From: an uncultured Collinsella sp.
GTDB lineage: Bacteria > Actinomycetota > Coriobacteriia > Coriobacteriales > Coriobacteriaceae
Assembly: GCA_958421655.1 (NCBI GenBank)
Contig: CATZMG010000001.1
Location: 13,639 to 77,638 of the forward strand
Length of the DNA stretch: 64,000 nt
Direction of reading: 5' to 3'
Shown here in pieces: positions 30,830 through 38,626 of this stretch. Numbering within the stretch: the first letter of the stretch is position 1; the number at the start of each line of letters is the position of its first letter. The translations under genes and the position numbers were made by a program. The notes under the pieces were generated by a model. That model searched no databases. It was not told the DNA's origin and saw only the letters and a program-made list of their open reading frames with translations.

Positions 30830-32011
30830 TTACTGAAGCGAGCGAGCGCGTTCGATGGCGTAGGCGAGCGACAGCTGCTCCATCTCCGGGGCGCATTTGT
30901 AGCTCAGTCCGGTGAGAGCCGTCACCTTATCGAGGCGATATCGAATCGTGTTCGGGTGCTGGCTAGTCTGCTTGGCGGTTCGCTCGATACGTCGGTCGTT
31001 CTCAATGAATGCGGCGAGCGTGGATTCCAGTTCGCTGCCATGCTCACTGTCGTGCTCACGTATCGGCGAGAGAATCGCCTCCGAGAACGATCGCATCTCC
31101 GGGGTTTCCGCAAAAGGCATCACGGTTCTCAGGATGCCGAGCTGCGTATAGCGGACGGGACCCTCGGCTCGTTGACAAGATAGGCGCTGTGCGTAAATCG
31201 CCTGCGAGATCGCCTGCGCCACCGCCTCGTCTCCAAACAGAATATCGCTGATGCCGAGCCCTTCCGCTCCGCCATCGATGTCGCTAGCCTCGATGAGCTC
31301 CGTGAGCGCCTGCACGATTCGCTCTACATCGAGCGTCTGTTCCGAGTCACTTGTCGCTACGAATAACAAACCTCCGTCGTAGGGTGCCAGCATGTTGTGG
31401 CATCCGGCGAGGGTCGATTTTGCACAGAGACGTTCGATTTGCAAAAACGTACGCGGGTCGAGGGGCTCTGCAAACGATGCGAACAGGGCGACCGCTTCGT
31501 CCAGAAATGACGGGTTGAGACCTCGGATGCGTCGGCAGATGGACTCGGGCGATACGTCTGTCCTCAGGGCATCGATCTCGCGCTGCGCGAAGTCGATGGA
31601 CGCGAGCTGCTCGATATGCCGTTTGACCTCATAGATGACGCTGTCAAAGAACAGTGAGTCGTCGGTCGTGAGAAAGACCGGGTAGTGCCGCGCGTTGGCG
31701 TAGCGGATGGCTTGGTCGGGAATCGGGATGTGCAGGACGTTTTTGATGATGAGACCGCTCGTTCCCTTGGCGACGAGGTATTTCACGGCTTCAGTGATGA
31801 GGTACGGGTCGTCCTTCGCATAGAGGAAAGTGCTGAGGATGATCTCGTCTGAGCTGAAGTTGACGCGCTGGTACTTGTTCTTGAGGCCGGGCATGAGTTC
31901 ATAATCGAGGATCCCGACGCCAGAGACGGCACGCGAGACGCCATCGCTGCCGGCGATTAGACGGACCGACCCCTCATATTCCCGTGAGAAGTCCGAGATG
32001 GTGTATAGCAT
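30830..32011 (-). CDS. PucR-family transcriptional regulator
   Basis: N-terminal LIAG..G..R.V domain; C-terminal L..TL..F....TA....HPNTIRYRL HTH. Confidence 0.9.
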   Translation of the reverse strand: MLYTISDFSREYEGSVRLIAGSDGVSRAVSGVGILDYELMPGLKNKYQRVNFSSDEIILSTFLYAKDDPYLITEAVKYLVAKGTSGLIIKNVLHIPIPDQAIRYANARHYPVFLTTDDSLFFDSVIYEVKRHIEQLASIDFAQREIDALRTDVSPESICRRIRGLNPSFLDEAVALFASFAEPLDPRTFLQIERLCAKSTLAGCHNMLAPYDGGLLFVATSDSEQTLDVERIVQALTELIEASDIDGGAEGLGISDILFGDEAVAQAISQAIYAQRLSCQRAEGPVRYTQLGILRTVMPFAETPEMRSFSEAILSPIREHDSEHGSELESTLAAFIENDRRIERTAKQTSQHPNTIRYRLDKVTALTGLSYKCAPEMEQLSLAYAIERARSLQ

Positions 32012-32228
32012 CAGCATCACCTTGTAAATCATTACAATAAGTACCTGTACAAATAGGATAATCGCACATCAGTATGCCGTTGATGCGAGAAATAGTTCAA
32101 ATACCTGCTGAAAGAACGAAAAATCAGATCGAGAATCGTTGTAGATTCCAACAAGAAATGATCCTTGGCGGCATCGTTACTAAACCGTACAGTGAAGCAA
32201 CGTAAAGCTTTCGCTGAGAGGAGCGATG

Positions 32229-33260
32229 ATGGGGCAGATGGTGGTGCTTTCGGCCGAGGAAGTTTCCAAGGTGCTGACGATTGAGGATGCAATCGCTGCC
32301 GTGGAGGAGGCATATCGCCAGAAGGCAACGGGCAAGGGTGTTGCGTGGCCGATGGTATATGAGCAGTTCGAACCCGGCGTGGCCGATATGGATATCCGCT
32401 CGGGCGAGTTGGCGGGAAGCGGCCTCTTCGGTCTCAAGCTCACTGCTTGGTTCTCTCAGAATCCCAAAAAGGGGCTGCCCGAGATCTTTGGCACCACGCT
32501 GCTGTGCGACAACGCGACGGGAGAGCCGTTGGCGCTGCTCAATGCCTCCGCCGTCACTGGACTTCGCACCGGTGCCGCCGCTGCGCTCGGTGCCAAGTGG
32601 CTGGCTCGGGCGGATGCGTCCAAACTGCTTGTTGCGGGTGCCGGCCACATGAGCACCTATATGGTGGCGGGCGTGCTCGCCGCCTGTCCCAAAGTGAGCG
32701 AGGTCAAGGTGTGGGAGCCAGTTTCCGATGCCGCGCCCGAGGCCCGCGTCGAGCGCATGCGAGACGAGGTCGCCCATATCTTGGGCGCTTGCGAGCATGC
32801 TCGCGAGGCATCCACCTATTCCATCGAGGCGACGGCCGACGGCCAAGGTGCCGCGGCAGAGGCCGACATCATCGTGACGATCACGCCGGCGACCAAGCCC
32901 ATCATCCCCGATGCATGGGTGCGTCCTGGTACGCATATCTCCTGCGTCGGTGCCGACATGCCCGGCAAGCAGGAGCTCGCCTCGGCGCTTGTCGCCCGTG
33001 CCGCTGTTTACGTCGACGACCGCGAGCAATCGGTCGCGTCCGGTGAGCTGGAGATTCCGGTTGCCGAGGGTGCCATCACGCCCGAGGACATCAAAGCGGA
33101 GCTCGGTGAAGTCATCGCCGGCGCGGCTACGGGGCGTTCGGATGACGAGCAGGTGACGGTGTTCGATACGTCGGGCATCGCCGTTCAGGACCTTTCGGCA
33201 TCGAAAATCGCCTACGACCGCGCCGTTGAGGCGGGGCTGGGCACCGTGGTGGAACTGTAA
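32229..33260 (+). CDS. Ornithine cyclodeaminase/mu-crystallin family protein
   Basis: T.LRTGAA, GAG, HI..VGAD.PGKQEL, FD.SG.A.QD motifs. Confidence 0.92.
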   Translation: MGQMVVLSAEEVSKVLTIEDAIAAVEEAYRQKATGKGVAWPMVYEQFEPGVADMDIRSGELAGSGLFGLKLTAWFSQNPKKGLPEIFGTTLLCDNATGEPLALLNASAVTGLRTGAAAALGAKWLARADASKLLVAGAGHMSTYMVAGVLAACPKVSEVKVWEPVSDAAPEARVERMRDEVAHILGACEHAREASTYSIEATADGQGAAAEADIIVTITPATKPIIPDAWVRPGTHISCVGADMPGKQELASALVARAAVYVDDREQSVASGELEIPVAEGAITPEDIKAELGEVIAGAATGRSDDEQVTVFDTSGIAVQDLSASKIAYDRAVEAGLGTVVEL

Positions 33261-33284
33261 GAAAGTCAAGGAAAGGAAACGACA

Positions 33285-34415
33285 ATGCAGATCAAGGATT
33301 TCGCTGTCGAGCAGTGGATGAACGAGTGGGAGACCAAGTGCACCCACAACGTTGCGGAGACGTGCGTCTACTCCCTCACGCTCGACCAGCTGTTCGAGCT
33401 TACGAACACCGACAAGAAGGCGTGGCTCGATAGCCTGTGCTCGCGCCGATTCACCTACGGAGACATCGAGGGGCAGCCCGGCTTCCTCGAGGGGGTCGCG
33501 CGTCTCTATAAGACGGTCGAGCCTGGGCATATCGTGCCCACGCACGGCGCGACCGGTGCCAACTCCCTGGTTATTTCCACGCTCGTCGAACCGGGCGATC
33601 ATGTAGTCTCCGTCAAGCCCACCTACCAGCAGCTTTACTCGATTCCCGAGATGTGCGGTGCGAAGGTCGATATCCTTCAGCTCGATCGCAAGAACGGCTA
33701 CCACGTCGACGTCGACGCGCTCGATGCCCTGGTGACCGACGATACCAAGCTCATCTGCATCAATAACCCGGACAACCCCACGGGCGCCCTGCTCGACACC
33801 GATACGCTCAAGGCGATTGTCGAGGTCGCGCGCAAACACGACGCGTGGGTGCTCTGCGACGAGGTCTACCGTCTGCTTACTCAGACGGATGAGTACTCCG
33901 AGTCCGTGATCGACCTGTACGACAAGGCCATCGTCACCGCATCCATGTCCAAGGTCTGGTCGTTCGCCGGCCTGCGTCTGGGCTGGGCGGTCACCAAGAG
34001 CCCGGAGCTCCGTCGCGCGCTGCTCTCGCATCGTGACTACAACCTGATTTCCGCTGGCATATTCAGCGAGACGGTGGCGGAGCTGATTCTGGGCAACGCT
34101 TCCGTGATCCTTGAGCGCAGCCGTCGCATCGTCCGTCAGAACCTTGCTGTTCTGGAGAAGTGGGTCGAGAGCGAGCCGCACCTGTCGTTCGTCAAGCCCG
34201 AGGCGGGTACCACCGCGCTCGTGTATTACGACTACGACATCGATTCCAGGACGTTCTGCATCGACATGATTAAGAAGTCCGGCGCGCTCGTCACTCCGGG
34301 CGATTGCTTCGAGGAGCCCAAGAGCATGCGCATCGGCTATGCATACTCCGATAACACCGACGACCTGCAGAAGGGCCTGGATGCCATCTCCGCGTACATG
34401 CGTACGCTCGAGTAG
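33285..34415 (+). CDS. PLP-dependent aminotransferase class I/II
   Basis: NNPDNPTG, DEVY, SMSK..S.AGLRLGW motifs. Confidence 0.92.
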   Translation: MQIKDFAVEQWMNEWETKCTHNVAETCVYSLTLDQLFELTNTDKKAWLDSLCSRRFTYGDIEGQPGFLEGVARLYKTVEPGHIVPTHGATGANSLVISTLVEPGDHVVSVKPTYQQLYSIPEMCGAKVDILQLDRKNGYHVDVDALDALVTDDTKLICINNPDNPTGALLDTDTLKAIVEVARKHDAWVLCDEVYRLLTQTDEYSESVIDLYDKAIVTASMSKVWSFAGLRLGWAVTKSPELRRALLSHRDYNLISAGIFSETVAELILGNASVILERSRRIVRQNLAVLEKWVESEPHLSFVKPEAGTTALVYYDYDIDSRTFCIDMIKKSGALVTPGDCFEEPKSMRIGYAYSDNTDDLQKGLDAISAYMRTLE

Positions 34416-34585
34416 AGACTCGTGGTCGAAGTGATGGGGCCGATCGGTTTAGGACCGGTCGGCCCCTATTTTCTCTCAAGACTACCGAACGCTTTTGTCA
34501 CATTAGGTGCCCACGGGGTCGTATCGCTGCGACGCTGTGGGCATAATGGTGTGAAAGGTGCAAGTTACGCGAAATGGGAGGACAC

Positions 34586-35257
34586 ATGGCGCTGATCTAT
34601 GTCGTTGAGGACGACGAGCCCATTCGTCGTGAACTTATCGACATCCTTGCCCGCGCCGGGTTTGAAATCGAGGCCTGCGAATCGTTTGAGCATGTCTCGC
34701 GCGATATTCTCGCCACCGCGCCCGACCTGGTGCTGCTCGACCTCACGCTTCCCGTCAAGGACGGCCAGCATATCTGCCACGAGGTTCGCCGCGAATCCGA
34801 GGTTCCCATCATCGTCCTCACGTCGCGCACGACCGAGATCGACGAGGTCATGGCCATGACGCTCGGCGCGGACGACTTTGTTCCCAAGCCCTATAGCGCC
34901 CGTGTGCTCGTGTCGCGCATCAATGCCTTGCTGCGTCGCACCGCGGCGGCGGGCGAGCGCAGCACGCTTGTCCACAAGGGCCTGGAGCTCGATCTCGCTC
35001 GCTCCATGGTCACCAACATGCAGACCGGTACCAGTACCGAGCTCACCAAAAACGAGCTGCGTATTCTCTCGCTGCTTCTGAGCCGTGCGGGCAAGATCGT
35101 CTCGCGCTCGGCCATCATGCAGGACCTGTGGGACTCCGACGCCTTCGTGGACGACAATACGCTCACCGTCAACATCAACCGCCTGCGCACCACGCTCGAA
35201 AAAATCGGCATCAAGGGGTATTTGACGACGCACCGCGGCCAAGGCTATTCGGTCTAG
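34586..35257 (+). CDS. OmpR-family response regulator (BceR/GraR-like)
   Basis: LGADDF..KP, LW....FVDDNTLTVNINRLR motifs. Confidence 0.92.
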   Translation: MALIYVVEDDEPIRRELIDILARAGFEIEACESFEHVSRDILATAPDLVLLDLTLPVKDGQHICHEVRRESEVPIIVLTSRTTEIDEVMAMTLGADDFVPKPYSARVLVSRINALLRRTAAAGERSTLVHKGLELDLARSMVTNMQTGTSTELTKNELRILSLLLSRAGKIVSRSAIMQDLWDSDAFVDDNTLTVNINRLRTTLEKIGIKGYLTTHRGQGYSV

Positions 35258-35266
35258 GGGCCGGCT

Positions 35267-36310
35267 ATGTCGTTTGCCAAGTTCTTTAAAGACGCGCTGC
35301 TTCCCGTTGCCGTGTGGACGTGCGGCGTGCTGCTGAGCTGCTTTGTGCTGACGGTCGCCGGTGCACCCGTTTCTATCGTGGTCGTGGCGGTTGGCGTGTC
35401 CTTTATCTTTGGTATGCTCGGCATCGTGATCGAGTACGCGCGCCGTCGCCGTTTTCTGCGTCAGTTGGAGCGCGCGGCAGAGGAGCTCGAGAGTCCCGCA
35501 TGGGTGCAGGAGATGGTGCAATGCCCGACCTATGCCGAGGGCGAGCTCGAATACGAGGTCTTGCGCCGGGTGGGCAAAGCCGCCTGCGACGAGGTTGCCG
35601 AAGGCAGGCGTCAGACCGATGACTATCGCGACTATATCGAGAGCTGGGTCCACGAGGCCAAGCTGCCCCTGGCGGCGGCTCACCTGATTTTGGAAAACCT
35701 GGACAGCAGCGAAGACGACCTGTCGCGCGTGGACGACCTGGCACGCGAACTTGCCCGCGTGGAGCGCTATATCGACCAGGCGCTGTACTACGCGCGCTCG
35801 GAAGTCGTGGAGCGCGACTACCTGATTCGCCGCTGGGATCTCAAAACCTTGGTGACGGGCGCGATTAAAGCCAACGCGCGCGAGCTCATTGCGGCGCATG
35901 TGGCCCCGGTGTGCGAGAACCTCGACTTCGAGGTCTTTACCGACGAGAAGTGGCTCGAGTTTATTCTGGGCCAGCTCATTCAGAACAGCATTAAATATGC
36001 GCGTGAGGACGGCGCAAAGATCGTGTTTTCGGGTGCGTTGCTGGACGAGGGTCTGGCAAGCGAGCGCATCGAGCTTACCGTCGCGGACAACGGCTGCGGC
36101 GTGTGTGCGGCAGACCTGCCGCGCGTGTTCGAGAAGGGCTTTACCGGCGACAACGGCCGCACCACCAAGCGCGCAACGGGCATCGGTCTCTATCTGGTGG
36201 CGCGCCTGTGCTCCAAGATGGGCATCGACGTCACCGCGGCATCCGAGCCCGGCGAAGGCTTTGTCGTAACATTTGCCTTCTCAACCAACAAGTTCCAATA
36301 CTTTGAGTAG
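35267..36310 (+). CDS. Intramembrane-sensing histidine kinase (BceS/GraS-like)
   Basis: Two adjacent TMs, WVHE.K.P, D.KW..FI..Q...N.IKY, FEKGFTG.NG motifs. Confidence 0.92.
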   Translation: MSFAKFFKDALLPVAVWTCGVLLSCFVLTVAGAPVSIVVVAVGVSFIFGMLGIVIEYARRRRFLRQLERAAEELESPAWVQEMVQCPTYAEGELEYEVLRRVGKAACDEVAEGRRQTDDYRDYIESWVHEAKLPLAAAHLILENLDSSEDDLSRVDDLARELARVERYIDQALYYARSEVVERDYLIRRWDLKTLVTGAIKANARELIAAHVAPVCENLDFEVFTDEKWLEFILGQLIQNSIKYAREDGAKIVFSGALLDEGLASERIELTVADNGCGVCAADLPRVFEKGFTGDNGRTTKRATGIGLYLVARLCSKMGIDVTAASEPGEGFVVTFAFSTNKFQYFE

Positions 36311-36499
36311 GCGGGCCGTCTTGCGGTGCGGGCGGCTATGTTCCCGAACGTGAACTTAGCTAAGGCAATTGGCGCCATGTTCCTGAACGTGAATATAGCC
36401 GCAAGGGTTTAAATGAATCGCCCCACAAAAAACGTGCCGCCCCAAACGGGGCGGCACGCCATTTTTCCATCAGACAACTCGTTGAAGTAAGGCTGCGAA

Positions 36500-36592
36500 G
36501 GCCGCGGGTCCGGGAGGGGTTTCCTAAGGGCACATCCCGCAGCCGCAACGCGGCGAGGACGTGCCCGTGGAAACCCCGCAGGCCCCGCGGCC
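36500..36592. repeat. ~93-nt long imperfect GC-rich hairpin
   Basis: GGCCGCGGG..GGGGTTTCC..GGGCAC...GTGCCC..GGAAACCCC...CCCGCGGCC. Confidence 0.6.
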
Positions 36593-36605
36593 GGTGGGAG
36601 CAACG

Positions 36606-37043
36606 CTACTTCACGACCAAGATGTCGCAGTCGGTGTTGCGCAGCAGGAACGTCGAAATCGAACCCAGCAGCGCATACTTGATCGAGGACAGGCCGCGGG
36701 CGCCGCAGAGCACCAGGTCGGGCTTAACCACGTCGAGCATCTCGTCCTTGAGCGTCTCGCGAATACGGCCGGCGCGAATCATGACCTCGACCTCGGGAAT
36801 ATCGGGATTGGCCTTGGCCTCTTCGAGCTGCTTGGCGATGGAGTTCTTAAATGCCTCCTCTAGGCCGTTGACCAGATCGACCGGATAGGAACCGGCGCTC
36901 TCGAGCGCCATGGAATCGATAACGTGGCCGATGATTAGCTTGGCGCCGTTGTTCGCGGCGACCTTGATGGCGCGTGCGAGCACAAAATCCTGCTGCTCAG
37001 TACCATCGAGTGAAACAAATACCTTGGTGTAGCCCTCGTTCAT
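36606..37043 (-). CDS. Universal stress protein
   Basis: Y.K..V..DG, DLV.CGARG, LLGS.S....R...CD.LVV motifs. Confidence 0.92.
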   Translation of the reverse strand: MNEGYTKVFVSLDGTEQQDFVLARAIKVAANNGAKLIIGHVIDSMALESAGSYPVDLVNGLEEAFKNSIAKQLEEAKANPDIPEVEVMIRAGRIRETLKDEMLDVVKPDLVLCGARGLSSIKYALLGSISTFLLRNTDCDILVVK

Positions 37044-37290
37044 GGTTTCCTCCTTGGTCTATCGCACGGGCGCGGGGCTCGTGCATCGGGCGGGCGCGGG
37101 CGCGTTGGCCGCCGAACACTTTATCTTGTTGCAGTTATACCCAAGGATTTGGGTTTGACCGCTCGCAATTCTGTGAACGGACGAGTTTTTTGGTAAGGGT
37201 GGGCGCAGACGCGCCCGAACGGTTGATAATGGGACATCGCCCGCACCGTCCGCAGAACAATATCGGCGGGTGTCTAACGAGGGGGTCCCT

Positions 37291-38271
37291 TTGGATATCA
37301 TCGAGCTTCTAAAATCTGCCTTCATGGGCCTGGTCGAGGGCATCACCGAATGGCTGCCTGTTTCGTCGACCGGTCACATGATCTTGGTGGACGAGTTCGT
37401 CAAGATGAACGTGAGCGAGACGTTCTGGAATATGTTCCTGGTCGTGATTCAGCTCGGCGCCATTCTGGCCGTCTGTGTGCTGTTCTTCCATGAGCTCAAT
37501 CCGTTCTCGCCCAGCAAGGGCAAGGAGGGCCGTCGCGACACTTGGGTGCTGTGGGGCAAGATTGTGCTCGGCTGCATTCCCGCCGCGGCGATCGGCCTGC
37601 CGCTCAACGACTGGATGGAGGAGCATTTCTACAATGCTCCCGTCGTGGCGCTGGCGCTCATTGTGTACGGCGTGCTGTTTATCGTGATCGAGAACTGGCG
37701 CGCGAACAAGCGCGAGGAAATGGCCGTTGCCGGTTCGTTTGGTTCGCGTGCTGTGGTGTCGGGCGGACGTCCCGCCGGTGCGCACTTTGCGGCGCCTGCC
37801 GCGGCTACCGCTGAGGATGAGGACGATGACGAGAATCTGGACTTTGGCTCCATCGCCACGCTCGAGGACCTGAGCTGGAAGACTGCGCTGGGTATCGGCT
37901 GCTTCCAGGTGCTTTCGCTGGTGCCTGGTACGTCTCGCTCCGGTTCTACCATCATCGGCGGCCTGCTTTTGGGCTGTACGCGTTCGGTGGCGTCCAAGTT
38001 TACGTTCTTCCTGGCCATCCCTGTCATGTTTGGCGCGAGTGCACTCAAGCTGGTCAAATACTTCATCAAGGGCGGCACGTTCGGCGCCAACGAGGTCGCT
38101 ATCTTGGGCGTGGGCTGCGTTGTGGCCTTTGTGGTTTCGCTCATCGCCATCAAGTGGCTCATGGGCTTCGTCCGCCGTCACGACTTCAAGTGCTTCGGTG
38201 TTTACCGCATCATCCTGGGCGTCGTAGTGCTCGCATACTTCTTCGTTCTGGAGCCTATGCTCGGCCTGTAA
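37291..38271 (+). CDS. uppP: Undecaprenyl-diphosphate phosphatase
   Basis: EG.TEWLPVSSTGH, IQLGAILA, PGTSRSG motifs; TTG start. Confidence 0.95.
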   Translation: MDIIELLKSAFMGLVEGITEWLPVSSTGHMILVDEFVKMNVSETFWNMFLVVIQLGAILAVCVLFFHELNPFSPSKGKEGRRDTWVLWGKIVLGCIPAAAIGLPLNDWMEEHFYNAPVVALALIVYGVLFIVIENWRANKREEMAVAGSFGSRAVVSGGRPAGAHFAAPAAATAEDEDDDENLDFGSIATLEDLSWKTALGIGCFQVLSLVPGTSRSGSTIIGGLLLGCTRSVASKFTFFLAIPVMFGASALKLVKYFIKGGTFGANEVAILGVGCVVAFVVSLIAIKWLMGFVRRHDFKCFGVYRIILGVVVLAYFFVLEPMLGL

Positions 38272-38421
38272 CTTGGTTGACGCCGCGCGGCGGCCAGGGA
38301 GACAACTTGTCATTCGAAGGGGGCGGCATGACCAAAAGGTCTATGCCGCCCCCTTTTCATGCCAATTTGTTCGCCCTGGCCGCCGCTCGCTACCGTTGCC
38401 ATGACATCGGTGGCTCCGTGA

Positions 38422-38488
38422 TTGGTGCAATGGGGCCAGGTTTCTTTGCACCAATGTGGTGCAGACTAACCTGACCCCATTGCGCCAA
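38422..38488. repeat. Head-to-head pair of GGGNCAGGTT-loop hairpins (67 bp)
   Basis: TTGGTGCAATGGGGCCAGGTT...AACCTGACCCCATTGCGCCAA. Confidence 0.7.
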
Positions 38489-38626
38489 ATCCGCTGGGCG
38501 GGCCTGACGGTGGCGCACGGAGTCGTGGTGTGATTTGCGTCGGTGTCCGCGCGGCTCGGTATACTGGTACGGCTCAAACTATGGCGCTGCCCGCAGGCGC
38601 GCCGTCCGTCAGATGAGGAGTCGCCC

